From contig OZ024741.1 in NCBI GenBank assembly GCA_964016885.1, forward strand, positions 41,354,001 through 41,418,000: a DNA stretch of 64,000 nt, given 5' to 3'. Below the pieces are notes generated by a model. That model did not search any database. It was not told where the DNA came from and was given only the letters and a program-made list of their open reading frames with translations. The position numbers were made by a program, and so were the translations under genes. Source of the DNA: Eledone cirrhosa. Lineage: Eukaryota. How positions within the stretch are numbered: the stretch's first letter is position 1; each line of letters begins with the position of its first letter. Below, one piece after another: positions 30,795 to 44,400 of the stretch.

Positions 30795-30980
30795 GAATTG
30801 GCAGTATCGGTAGAGGGTCAGACGCCATGCTTTGACGCATAGAGTTACGGCCCTTGCCATTCTGAGTTCAAATCCCATCGAGGTTAACTTTGCCTTTACT
30901 CCTTATGGGGGTCGATAAAATAAAGTACCAGTAATACACTGGGTAATTGCTGGCCTTGTGCCAAAAGTAGAAACAATTAT
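30795..30980 (+). mobile_element. Family A SINE
   Basis: Same head, B box and central domain; further copies near 18035-18230, 48650-48841, 55950-56080, 61905-62285. Confidence 0.85.
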
Positions 30981-31130
30981 GAGGAGAAGATGAAGAAGAA
31001 GATGAAGAAGAAGAAGATGAAGATGAAGGAAAGTCAAATGTCTGCAAAAATACTTAAATGGTTGAAAATAAACAAATTATGGAACAACAGTGGAAAACAA
31101 TTTATTGTAGGCTCAGGCATGGTTGTGAGG

Positions 31131-31363
31131 TTAACTCTTTAGCAGTTAAACCAACCATATCCAGCCAGAATTCTCTCACCTCTTTCTGTTCAAACCGGTC
31201 ATAATCAGCTGCTCATACCTATGTTAAGGTATTGTTTGTTCTCAAAATAAATAATATCAAAATCTCGTAGATTCAATATTATATGAGATAATTATGTGAA
31301 ATAAAGTGGCTACCATGAAAATACAATAGCAAATATAGAGTAATGTAAATGGTAAAGGGTTAA
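31131..31363. mobile_element. piggyBac-type MITE inserted in a SINE head
   Basis: TTAA duplicated; the SINE sequence resumes after 31363. Confidence 0.8.
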
Positions 31364-31536
31364 GATGTTCACTTCCCAACCATAAGGTTTCAGGTTCAAC
31401 CCCACTACATAGTCCCTTCAACAAACATCTCTCTATAGCCTCTGGCTGGCCAAATGCTTGAGAGTGAAATTTGCAGAAGTTTGTTGCATGCGTGCATCTG
31501 TTGTATCCATGTTTGTTTTATATATAATACTCTAAC

Positions 31537-31766
31537 TTAAAACTTTAGCATTGAAACCAGCCGTGTCCGGCTAGAATTCCCTCACCTCTTTCTGTTCAAA
31601 CTGGCTGTAACTGACCACTCATACTGATGTTAAGGTATTGTTCTCAGAATAAATCATATTAAAATCTCATAGATTCAATATTATGTCAGATAATTCTGTA
31701 AAGTAAGCTTCTAACGTGAAAATATAATAGTATAAATAGAGAGTTTTGTAAATGCTAAAGGGTTAA
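31537..31766. mobile_element. piggyBac-type MITE
   Basis: Same family as the 55284 copy; right TIR AATGCTAAAGGGTTAA. Confidence 0.78.
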
Positions 31767-32215
31767 TGGTGGAGACAAAAGATTGGCTAATAAAATATAC
31801 AAGACTTGAAAGAAAAAACAATAAGTACTAGGGTCAATTTGATCAACAAAAATCCCTTGAAGGTAGTACCCTAGTATAACCACAGTTCAATGACTCAAGC
31901 CAGTAGAAGAGTGTAAGAATGACTGATTACAAATTACTGAAGGTTGGTTGTATACACACCTTGTAAATGCCATAGATTACAGACAAAAAGATTTAGATGA
32001 ATAAAAACTAAAGCAACAAAAGAAATAATTTTGACTAAATCCATGCAGTTGTTATTTGTTTTTTCATCTCTTTAGCAGCTGTCAGTAAGAAGAAGCTTGA
32101 GAAAACACATCTTGAGTATATATCATATTAAATTCTCATAGACATAATATATATGTGTGAGTGTTTGTGTCTGTCTATAACTGTGTGTGTATCTGTGAGT
32201 GCCTCTGTGTGCGTG

Positions 32216-32263
<48 letters not shown>

Positions 32264-32683
32264 TGTGAGTGCCTGTCTGCGTGTGTGTGTGTCTGTGTGC
32301 GTGTCTATGTGTGTGTGTGTGTGTTTGTGAGTGCCGGTCTGTGTGTGTGTCTGTAAGTGCCTGTGTCTGTAAGTGCCTGTGTCTGTAAGTGCCTGTGTCT
32401 CTGTGTGTGTCTTTACAATATTTACAAGCACTGTAATTGCTAATAGTTAAGTGTGGACCATTTATTTCCTATGTTAGGTTGATATATATATATATATAAA
32501 AAAGAAATAGGATTTCGCTTCTAGCATAGCTTTATACAATATGTATAAATATTTCGTATCTCCAGAACTGCTGGACATCACCAGAGGACGTTAGCCCCCC
32601 CCCCCCCACGTGTTTGCATAGCTACGGCTTCCTAAACCTGTATTTCTTTGGAGATACGAAATATTTATACACATATATATATG

Positions 32684-32733
<50 letters not shown>

Positions 32734-32897
32734 GAGAGAGTGAGAGAAGTGTTGCAGAGATTAATGTCTACAAAATGGTATAGTTATTACAAAAATACTC
32801 AATTATGTATGTGTGTATATGTATATATTTGTGCATTTATGTGTGTGTGTGTTTGTGTTTGTGTATATGTATATATATATATATATATAAAGGAAAA

Positions 32898-32979
32898 TGC
32901 TCTCTGATGATCTGAACATTTCCATTGGAGATCCCTAGAATCTCCAATCTTTTGTAAGGTGAAACCATCGGTAAAAGCA
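32898..32979 (+). ncRNA. Type I hammerhead ribozyme with hairpin inserted in helix II
   Basis: TGCTCT-CTGATGA...AGGT-GAAA-CCATCGG-TA-AAAGCA; internal ATTGGAGAT/ATCTCCAAT stem; helix II base and helix I imperfect. Confidence 0.7.
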
Positions 32980-33775
32980 AATGGATTAGGTAAATATTGA
33001 AATTATATTTTTTAATTTATTTTGAGAAATTGTTTGAATTTTACTTGCTCCGCTTATCTCAATTTTTATAGTTCTGGTATGTCAAATTAATACCATAGAA
33101 CACCACTGTATCATAGACACCCTATATATTTCCAGGGGTACTTAGTACCTGTGGGGATATTATTCTTTTATATATATATATACGCTGTAATGTGGCCGTG
33201 TAGGTAACACGGTAAAAACCTCCCGGTTCCACACTGTAAATGTGGTTGGTGTTAGGAAGGGCATCCAGCCGTAGAAAACCCACCAGACAGTCCTATGCGA
33301 GCAAGACAACCATTCTTACCTCAAGTGGGAAAACTCCCGTCCAAACCCATGCAAGCGTGGAATATGGACGTTAAACGATGATGATGATGATGATGATGAT
33401 GATATATATATATATATATATATCATATATATATCATATATATATCATATATATATGTCACATAAATATATATCACATACATATATATATGTATATGTAT
33501 ATATATATGTGTGTGTTTATATATCATCATCATCGTTTAATGTCCATCTTCCACGTTAGCATAAATATATATCATTATCATCATCATCATCATATATATA
33601 TATGAGCAAGACATGGACACCTGATCTGGCATTGCCCACAATAGGACAACCCATCTAACCCATACTAGCATGGAAGAATGGACGTTAAACAGTGATGATG
33701 ATGATGATGATGTACATTATATATATATATATATACATTGTTCACTGATCTCTATATATATATATATATATACAT

Positions 33776-36525
33776 TGATCACCTACAGATCAGGGGAACA
33801 TACCAGCCAGGTAGATTATATCCTTACCAGAACACGTGACAGAGTGTCTGTTGTAAACACTAAATCCCTCCCCCATGAAGAATGCACCTCCCAACATAGA
33901 CTCATAATTAGCGACCTCATAGTCAGGACGAGACGTACTCGACAGCAGAAGAGGACTATCCTCAGGAGAAAAATATGGAAGCTAAAGGACCCCACAGCCA
34001 GAAATAAATTTAAAAGCATATTACTTGATGCTTTCGACAGTAAGGAAGAGCATTAGGAGCAGTGGGAATTCCTGAAAGCAAACCTAGTGATGGCGACAGA
34101 TGAAACCTGTGGCTGGAGCAGGCCTATAGGCAGCAGGAGAGTAACATGGTGGTGGAACAGTAAGGTGGAGGAGTCAATTAAGGCCAAAAGCAGGCTTGAA
34201 AAGTATGGTGGGATGGGGGAAGTAGAGAAGACTATCAAATGGCCAGGAGGGAAGCTAGTAGACAAGTGTATTTCGCAAGAAGGGAAGCAGAGGAAAGAAA
34301 GTCCAAGCATGTTCTACAACACGAGGACCAAAAACGTGAGGCGTTCAAGATTGCTAGGCAATGTGTCAAGGAAAACCGTGATATTGTCGGGGAGAAGTGT
34401 GTACTTAATGATGATGGTGTACTTGCCATCACTGACGCTGATAAGAAGGTAGCTTGGAAGTGTCAATACGAAAGGCTACTAAATGAGGAGAATACATGGG
34501 AGAAAGACAGTCTCCCCCACATCAACCCAATAGAGGGACCAGCAGTGTTAGTCGAAGGTAGTATAATAAGTAAGGCAATCAAAAATATGAAGACGGGTAA
34601 GGTGGCTGGGCCTTCGGAAATAGTTGCTGAGATGCTGAAAGCCTCTGGAACGGTGGGACACACAATGGTCACCTGGATAGTAAACCAAGTCATACAGAAT
34701 GGGGTCGTTCCGAAGGACTGGCGTAGCAGCATCATCATTAACTGTTACAAGGGTAAAGGAGATGCCCTAGATAGGAGTAACTATAGAGGCATTAAATTAA
34801 TCGACCAGGTCATGAAGATCACGGAAAAAGTAATAGCGCAACTAATCAGAGAGAGAATTGATCTAGATGAAATGCAGTTTGGGTTTGTGTCAGGCAAAAG
34901 TACCACAGACGCTCTTTTCATTGTACGACAACTACAGGAGAAGTACCTAGCTAAAAGTAAACCCCTATACTTAGCTTTTGTTGACTTGGAGAAAGCACAG
35001 AGTACCCTGCTCGATTATCTGGTGGGCCCTTAGAAAACTAGGTGTTGATGAATGGCTTGTGAGAGCTATACAAGCCATGTATAAAGAAACAGTCAGCAAG
35101 GTTAGAATTAACAATGAATATAGTGAAGAGTTTAGCGTAAAAGTTGGTGTTCATCAGGGCTCTGTTCTTAGCCCCCTACTATTTATTATTGCCCTTCAGG
35201 CTATAACAGCGGAGTTCAAGACTGGCTGTCCATGAGAACTCCTATACGCAGATGATCTAACGCTCATAGCTGAATCAATGGCCGAACTAGAGAAGAAATT
35301 CCAAACATGGAAGCATGGCCTAAAATCAAAAGTCCTTAAAATTAACCTGGCTAAGACTAAAGTTCTAGTTTGTAGGAAAGAAAATAGGGCACCGGTTCCT
35401 TCCGGGAAATGGCCATTCTCAGTGTGTAGGAAAGGCGTAGGTAGAAACTCCATTTTATGTCCCAAATGCAAAGTATGGGTGCATAAAAGATGTAGTGGGA
35501 TCACAGGTAAGCTAACTAAGAACATAGATTTTACATGTGGCCGGTGCTCTGGTGCAATAAGTAGCAGCAAGTGCCCACAAAATACTAGCTCTTTCAATTG
35601 CGCAGAGCGTTCTATAGAAATAGTGGACAGCTTCCGTTACCTGGGTGACAAAATCAGCAATGGGGGAGGGTGCTCGGAAAGTACAGTAGCTAGAGTCAGA
35701 ACTGGATGGAAAAAGGTCAGAGAGCTTATACCACTATTAGCTGCTAAAGGGTTCTCCCTAAAAATGAAAGGCAGGCTGTATGATGCCTGCATACGAACAG
35801 CAATGTTGCATGGCAGTGAGACCTGGGCATTGTGTGCAGAGGATATACGCAGGCTAGAGAGGAACGAAGCTTGCATGCTCCGCTGGATGTGTAATAGTAA
35901 TATACGTGAACGGCAAAGCATAAACGAACTAAGGGAAAAATTAGAAATAAGAGGGATCAGATGTTGTTTAGTCGAGAGAAGGCTACGTTGGTATGGTCAC
36001 GTCATGCACATAAAAGACGACAGCTGTATAAAAAAGTGCAGGTCAATAAAAATAGACGGTAGGCAGACCCAGAAAAACCTGGGACGACTTGATAAATTCC
36101 GACCTCACACACTTACACCACTCCAAGACAATGTCACTGGACCGAGATCTTTGACGGTACTCAGTAATAGAGAAGACCCGCCTTACCTAAATACAAAGTA
36201 AAACCTACTACAGTCAGTAGGCACCTCTAACAAAATACACCCCCGTCCCACTACCCCCACCCTATCCACACCGCGCCTTTCAATGTAAAGTTATGTTGGT
36301 ACCACAACATCCAGGCCGAAACAAATGAGGTCGTGTAGGTGTCACGACAAAAAAACACACAGTCCACGCTGTAATGTGGCCGTGTAGGTAACACGGTAAA
36401 AACTCCCAGTTCCACACTGTAAATGTGGTTGGTGTTAGGAAGGGCATCCAGCCATAGAAAACCCGCCAGACAACCACTCTTGCCTCAAGTGGGAAATCTC
36501 CCGTCCAAACCCATGCAAGCGTGGA
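33776..36525 (+). mobile_element. RTE-clade LINE, 5'-truncated, with stops and frameshifts
   Basis: APE C-terminus (ITYRSG..QVDYIL..SQHRLI); RT motifs (KGKGD..NYRGIKL, QFGF..GKSTTDA, FVDLEKA, GVHQGSVLSPLLF, LLYADDL, FRYLG); Cys-rich insert; RRLRWYGHV; 3' UTR. Confidence 0.93.
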
Positions 36526-37704
36526 CTAGAAAGAAAGGGTCTCAATGTCAACATGACAAAGACTAAGGTCCTTGTGAGTAGACGAGAAAACAGAACCCAG
36601 ATCCCCTCAGGGAAATGGCCTTGCTCAGTATGTAGGAAAGGTGTAGGTAGGAACTCCATTCTCTGCCCCAAATGCAAACAATGGGTACACAAGAGATGTA
36701 GCAAGATCTCAGGAAGCTTAATTAAGAATGTAGGATTCACATGCAGCAGCTGTGCTGAGACAGCAAGCAGCAAACAGCCACAGGAAACAAGTACCACCAA
36801 TCTCTGGGATGGCCCTGTAGAAACAGTAGACAGCTTCTTCTACCTAGGTGACCGAATTAGCAGCGGAGGTGGGTGTTCAGAAAGTACAATAACTAGGGTA
36901 AGAACGGGATGGAAGAAGTTTAGGGAACTACTACCACTGCTAGCTGCAAAAGGCTTCTCCATCAGAATGAAAGGCAGACTGTATGATGCGTGTATCCGAA
37001 CAGCGATGTTGCGTGGTAGTGAGACCTGGGCGCTGAAGGTGGAAGACTTACATAGATTAGAGAGAAACGAAGCCTGTATGCTCCAATGGATGTGTAACAG
37101 TAATATACGTGAACGACAAAGCATAAATGAATTGAGAGAGAGACCGAGCATAAGAGGAATCAAATGCTGTGTGCAGGAGAGGCGGTTGCGCTGGTATGGA
37201 CATGTGATGCGTATGAAGGATGACAGCTGCATAAAAAGGTGCAGAGCTCTAGAACTTGATGGAAACCCAAGATGACCTGGGATGAGGTGATAAAAGCCGA
37301 CCTTACCCAATTGCACCTCTCAAAGACAATGACACACGACAGTGACTTCTGGCGTCATGCAGTAATACAGAGTACCCGACCTCCCATGGGTACAAGCTGA
37401 AGCATATAGACAATATGCCCCCACACCCCCCACCACAAGGTGGTCGTGGAGGTGCCACGGCAAAAAAGCACCCAGCCCACACTGTAAAGTGGACGTGTAG
37501 GCGCCACGAAAAAGCACCCAGCACTCACTGTAAATGAGGTTGGTGTTAGGAAGGGCATCCAGCTGTAGAAATCAAGCCAAATCAGTTCCTGTATGAGCAA
37601 GGCATGGTCAGCCGACCAGACACTGCCTACAACAGGACAACCCGTCTAACCCATGCTAGCGTGGAAGAACGGACGTAAAACGGTGATGATGATGATGATG
37701 ATGA
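36517..37704 (+). mobile_element. Second RTE subfamily, 5'-truncated, with complete 3' UTR and (GAT)n tail
   Basis: 240-aa ORF 36553-37275 paralogous to the first copy (KTKVLV, CSVCRKGVGRNSILCPKC, GSETW, RRLRWYGHVMR); ends GGACGTAAAACGGTGATGATG. Confidence 0.92.
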
Positions 37705-37860
37705 TATATGTACATATGTATATATATATATGTACATATGTATATGTACATATGTATATATATACACACATATATATATGTACACATGTATATATATATA
37801 CACATATATATATATGTACACATGTATGTATATATATATATATACACATATGTATATATA

Positions 37861-38200
37861 TATGGTGGCTGCCAACTCGTTTTCGAGTACGGCCACTACT
37901 TTATATCCATGTAGGAGAACGCCTACCGATGCGCTGACGAGTGTAACTTTTTAGTCCAGCCAGCGACTTGAAAACTCTGGTACAAACACTACACTTGTGA
38001 CAATTATTGACACAGTGCTGGGCCCATGATACCATGTGACGACAAGTGCAGAGAGATCTCCAGATATAAAGCAATGCCTGTGCCGTGAAGCTTTTATAGT
38101 GAGCAAAGGCACTGCACAAAGCCAGTCCCACTCTCTTAACCAAGATGATATTTACCAAAAAGAAGAACAAGTCAACATCATTGGATACCATCAGGGTTGT
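37861..38200 (-). mobile_element. LINE-like 3' end with one degenerate C2H2-like motif
   Basis: [21 protein letters not shown]; 38030-38200 is near-identical to 25363-25533. Confidence 0.55.
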
Positions 38201-39919
38201 ATATATATATGTATATATAAATATGTGTATATATATATATATGTGTATATATATATATATACACATACGTATATACACATGTATATATATATATACACAT
38301 ATGCATATACACATATGTATATATATATATATGCACATACATATATATATATACATACATATCATCATCATCATCATCAATGTTTCCACGCTAGCATGGG
38401 TTAGACAGATTGTCCTGTTGTAGACAAACATACATACACATATACACACATACATATATATATAAATATGTGTATATATATATATAAATATATATATATA
38501 CACATATACATGTACACATATGCATGCATATATATATATATATACATATACATACATATATATATATATATACATATACATACATACATATATATATATG
38601 CATATATATATATACATATACATACATATATATATATGCATTAATATATACATATGTAAGTTTATATGAATATATATATATATATATATTTTTTTTTTAA
38701 AGAAAAGCAACCACAAAATTAATAAAAATTGTTCTTAAAAACTAATTTAAAACAAAAAAATAAACACAAATACACAAAATCACAAACATAGACACAAAAA
38801 CAAGCAAAGAAAGAAACAGACAGTAAACTACTACTGCTGGTGGTGGTGGTGGTGGTGGTGTTATGACTTCATTAAAATGCTTATTGTCAAAGAAATAACG
38901 AAATCAATATTAATATCCAATTAATAACAAGACTTGATGAGAAAATTAGAATTGACAATCAATTCTCTTGGTTTTATCTTAATAAGAAAAACAAATCTGA
39001 AAAATTAGACGATAATTTGCAAACTGAACAAATTTCTAAGACTAAATTAACCTTATATGTCTGCATTTCTAAGACAAGTTATTAATAGCGTACTAAAGCA
39101 TTGATGGGACTATTAACCTCATCTCTTTTTTTAATGTTTGTGTATGTTTTTGTTTCCAAACTAGGCTAGATTTCAATCAATATCTTCTCCAATCGTCTTT
39201 AGGAGCCATATTTTAGCTCATATGTCTCCATACATAGATATGAGTGTCTGTCTGTCACATCTGAAGATCGTTAGAGGATATTGTGATTGGAAAAAAAAAT
39301 TGTGTGCAAGATATATCATTCTAGATGAGGTGGGAGGGACACATCTGCAGTAAGGTAACCTTGGGTTCATTGGATATTTCATATGCCTCCATACATATAT
39401 ATGAGTGTATGTGTGTGTCACATCTGAAGAATGTGAGAAAGACTTGTCCAGCCCATTCAAGCTTGGAAGAACGGACGTTAAAAAGATGATGATGAAGATG
39501 ATGATGAGGTAATTCCATTAATTGAACAACTGGAACACTCATCATTGTAACAGGTGGAAGACCTTTATATTCCATTCCATTTTCAAGGTCATTTCATACT
39601 GTAGATGAAGTGGTTCAGCAATTACAAAGCATCCATATTGGATTGTACATTCAGTTTATGAAGACAATACCTCTGCTTTTACACAGCTTTCTACAACTCG
39701 CAAACATATTAGGTTTCTTTAATTATTACTTTTGTCTCAATAATGTTCTCCACAGAATGCAGTGTAGTCAATTCAATCAAGTCCAATGTTTTACTAAGAA
39801 TTATTTATTGATTCCTACTTAGAACAATCCAGGTTTCATGTCTTCAGAATAGTAAGACATGAAACCTGGATTGTTCTAAGAATTTCAGCTATTCCTCTAA
39901 TGTCTTCATTATTCATTAA

Positions 39920-40109
39920 ATAATTGTTTCTACTTTAGGCACAAGGCCAGCAATTACCCAGTGCATTACTGGTACTTTATTTTATCGACCCCATAAGGAT
40001 GAAAGGCAAAGTCAACCTCGGCGGGATTTGAACTCAGATCGTAAAGGGACGTAACTATGCTGGAAAGCATGGCGTCCGACCCTCTACCAATACTGCCAAT
40101 CCACCGCCC
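39920..40109 (-). mobile_element. Full-length family A SINE with target-site duplication
   Basis: GGGCGGTGGATTGGCAG head; B box GAGTTCAAATCC; GCCTTTCATCC..GGTCGATAAAATAAAGTACC domain; ATTATTCATTAAATAATT at 39908-39925 and 40110-40127. Confidence 0.9.
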
Positions 40110-40290
40110 ATTATTCATTAAATAATTAACAATATTCAGAGAAACATAATTTCTCAATACAAAATGATTACTATGTTTTCCAGTGTCTTATATGGGCTTT
40201 TTTTATTCAAAATATTGAGGTCAAAAGTTACTTGTGTCCTGTATATTGCAAGTAAAATATAGTAATAATAACAATGCATGTGTGTGTGTT

Positions 40291-40345
<55 letters not shown>

Positions 40346-40499
40346 AAGCATGTATTGGACCAAGAAAAATAAAATGTTGGCGTGAAGAGATTATGAAATT
40401 ATTTGCTTTGACATATTTCTGTGTCTATTATAAATTGTCTATATATGCAACATTTAATTATGTAATACACTTCATATATAAATATATATATATATATAT

Positions 40500-40680
40500 A
40501 TGTAAATCAAGAAAACAAAAAAAAAATGAACAAACAAGGGGCTGCAATAACATGAAGTGTATTAGTTTCACAATTGGAGAAAGAAGAGTGAGTTACATAG
40601 TCAATGTATTGGACATTTGCTCTTCATCAGGAAAAACACAAAAGGAAAAGTGCAAAGAAAATAAAAAATATGGAATTATA
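40500..40680 (-). mobile_element. Short element with decayed hammerhead core
   Basis: Minus strand CTGATGA-AGAG at 40630-40620, GAAA lost; same layout as the 52215 family; TA tracts on both sides. Confidence 0.4.
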
Positions 40681-41155
40681 TATATATATAAACATATATA
40701 TATATATATATATATATATGCATGCATGCATAGGGAAGCAGGTGTAAAATATTGATGATGCTTAGATAGATAACCGGATATATATATGTGTGTGTGTGTG
40801 TGCATGCATGCGTGTTTGTGTACTATACACAAGCCATGTATATAGCTGTATATTCAAATAGGCATGCATAGTCTAATTTATTTTAATACCTACTTAATGC
40901 AAAATTGATATTTTTCTTTGAAAAACCACATAATAGCACTCTATTTCATGAGCCAATATTAAAATGAATTAATTATAGGTAACAGATGTGGTGAAAGTAT
41001 CTGTAGACAGAATACTCACTGTCGAACAAGCTGCTTTGAAACATAGTTTGTATTATCAAGTTTAATTTGTGTTTAATATAAAAATAAATTTTTGAACACC
41101 TTTGATACCAAACCACCAACAACTGGTCCGGTTTCTGTGAAAGAAACTCTTTATT

Positions 41156-41387
41156 TCAACTCTTTGGCATTTACATTACTCTATATATACTATTGTATCT
41201 TTGTGATAAAGGCTTTATCTTACATAATTACCTCATATACTATCGAATGTATGAGATTTTGATGTTATTTATGTTGAGAACAATACCTTAATGTCAGTAT
41301 GAGTGGCTAGTTACAGATGGTTTGAACAGAAAAAAGAGATAAGAGAATTCTAGCCAGATATGGCTGGTTTAAATGCTAAAGGGTTAA
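41156..41387. mobile_element. piggyBac-type MITE (opposite orientation)
   Basis: Reverse complement of the 55284 family. Confidence 0.78.
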
Positions 41388-41507
41388 AGTGATTGTGTTT
41401 ATCTAAAAATTTGATGTAAGAATCTTTTATGTTCCTAATGCCATGTAAATAATGAGAAAGTGAGTTTTATTAAATCCATCCATATTTATTCTATTATATA
41501 TATTTTT

Positions 41508-41693
41508 AGGGCGGTGAATTGGCAGTATCGGTAGAGGGTTGGACGCCATGCTTTCTAGCATAGTTACGTCCCTTTACAGTCTGAGTTCAAATCCCGCCGA
41601 GGTTAACTTTGCCTTTCATCCTTACGGGGTCGATAAAATAAAGTACCAGTAATGTACGGGTTAGGGCCTTGTGCCTAAAGTAGAAACAATTAT
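41508..41693 (+). mobile_element. Family A SINE
   Basis: GGGCGGTGAATTGGCAG..GAGTTCAAATCCCGCCGAGG..GAAACAATTATT. Confidence 0.88.
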
Positions 41694-44009
41694 TAAATCC
41701 ATCCAAATTCTTGATTATTTTCAACATTATTTGAAAATGATAGGGAGTGCCTTTCTTTACATAAATATGGTAAGGGAAGAATTAAACATTCCTATAATTT
41801 TTTTCCACAAATCTTTCCCTTCAAAATAAGGGTGTATCATATATTTGGAAGTACATGGAAGTTTTATCAACTGAGTAATAATCAATACACTATAATTTTT
41901 TTCTATTTTATATCTTTGGTGTAAAGTACCATACGTGTATATTTAAACTTTAACATCCTGGACTAATTTAGTAGAAAATGTTACAAAACGAGTTAATTTA
42001 AATACTTATAGTGTATTTACTAGGGAACAGATCATTGTGAACATTTGCAGTATTAAAGTGAAGACTTGCATTTTTAATGTGATATAATCATAGAGTAGTT
42101 TTATACTTTTCAAGAATGGCTGGCTAATGTCGTTTTACGAGGTGTCGGGCATTTAGAGTTAACACACCTTTACAAGTACTTAATTTATTTTATTTCAACT
42201 TACTATTATCTTTATTAGTGCCAGTTAAAATAGCTTGTAGTATTTTGTAATCGTTCTTTGTGTTCTGAGTTCAAATCTCATGGAGGTGAAATTTTTATTC
42301 ATCATTGCAGGATTGTTAAAATAGAATACCAGTTAAGTACTTGGGTTGGTATAATTGACTTTCTCTTTCCACCTGGTGACAATGTTAGAAAGATGTATTA
42401 TCATTATTGTAAAGTGGTCGTGTAAGTGTCACAACATAAATAACCCAGCCCACTGTAAAGTGACTATGTCGGTGTCATGACAAAAAGCACCCAGCCCACA
42501 CTGTAAAGTGGTTGTGTAGGTGTCATGACAAAAAGCACCCAGTCCACACTATAAAGTGGTTGTGTAGGTGTCACAACAAAAAGCACTCAGAAGACATTAT
42601 AAAAGAGGTTGCCATTAGAAAGGGCATCCAGCTGTAAAAACCAAGCCAAAATCAGTTCTGTATGATCAAGATATGGTCACCTGATCTAGTCTATCCTCAC
42701 AACAGGACAACTTGTCTAACCCTTGCTAGTGTGGAAAAAATGGACGCTAAACAGTGATGTTGATGATGATTTTATCATCGTAAGACAGCTTTTCTTCTAT
42801 ATTTAACATATTTTTTACATAACTAAGTGTTTGTAAACCTGTAAGAAACAATGGCTCAATAGAAACTATCCCTCACCCACAACACCCCACACCCCAAATC
42901 AATATATGATACACTTGGCTGTAGAATTGTAACATTGAACTTCATCATTGTTTAAGTGGAATAGGTACTAAATTTCTGGAAAAAATATCTATGTATGTAT
43001 GCATGCATGAATGAATGTATGCATGTATGCATGTATATGTGCATGAATTTATGTATGTATGTATGTATGTATGTATGTATGCATGTATGTAGGCATGGTG
43101 AAAAACTATATATGTGTACATTTGTGTGGGAGAGCGTGTGTACTTTTATGCAAGTGTATATGTATATACACTTGCATAAAAGTACACACATATGAAGGCA
43201 GTGCTCCAGTTTGCCATATCCATTATGACTAAAATATACTAAAGAACATAAGGCCTAACAAAAAATAATAATAATAAAAATCCATAATAAAATCAACACC
43301 CAACATATCCTAGCAAAAAAATCCATATAACATCAACTAGAAAAATCAGAATTCTGAAAGCAAAGCAATAGAATGGTACGATGTCCAACCATTTGCTATT
43401 GAGAACATTAACGACAAATGTGAAAACAGTTTCTAAATGGCTTTGGAAACTGGTTTACATCAGCAATTCATGGAAAACATGCACATTCAAGCACAAGTAT
43501 GTACACATGCAATGTCATTGAAATGAACATTGTGCAAATAATCTTGATTCTAGCTCTCTGCCTGCTTTCCTGTACCCTCTCCTCCTCCACCAATTACACA
43601 TCTGCTGCAATAACCACCACCAGCATCATCATCATCATGATCATCATCTCTCCTTATTACATCCTTGCATGCCTAACAGGCAACAGAGGTATTCATTCAC
43701 TACATCAGTATATTACATTGTAATGCATATATGTTCTCGTTGCTAAACTTTTACATTAGAGGTTAATGTTTAGCTGGCTTTTCAAAATGTCCTGAAAATA
43801 AGTAATTTTCATTGTTTGCTATACATGGTGGGTGTTGTTGCAGCAATAGAACTTCTTTTTCTTTTTTGGTTGGTGTCTCAGTTTTAATAACTGCAGAGAA
43901 TACAAAATCTATGTCCTTTGAACCAGAGTATTTATATGACATTATATAGATTTGTATTGGATGAGGCAGTTAAACTACAAGTTTTACCAACCAAAGGATT
44001 AATGGCTCT

Positions 44010-44400
44010 CATCATCATCATCGTTTTTGCATCCGTTTTTCCACATTTGCATGTGTTGGACGGGCCCTTTTCAACACAGACTCTCTCCACTTGCTGCGTT
44101 CCTTCATCATTTCCTTTGTGAATCTCAGCAATTTGAGATCAGCTCTCACCACCTCAGCCTAGGTCTTCTTTGGTCTACCTCTACTGCAACATCCTTTCAC
44201 TGCGATTTCCTACCACTTCTTCATCCAGCATTCATCACCCAGCAATCATCATCCATGCACATCACATGTATGTACCAACACAATCTTCTCTCTTGCATAC
44301 CATTTTGGATTCCTCTTAAACCCAGTTTCCCAATTTCTCCCTCAGTTTATCCAAGCTCTGCCTTTCTCTTACATTTACATTGCACATTCAACTTCTTATC
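44010..44400 (-). mobile_element. Old RTE 3' remnant
   Basis: Minus strand LCWYIHVMCMDD..GRPKKT-like segment and (GAT)n tail. Confidence 0.6.

Noticed and set aside
37934-37985. CTGACGA...GAAA hammerhead candidate
   Set aside because: Helices I and III do not pair; it is antisense to a zinc-finger-like coding tail
39960-40109. tRNA gene
   Set aside because: The A/B boxes belong to multi-copy SINE heads; no full cloverleaf
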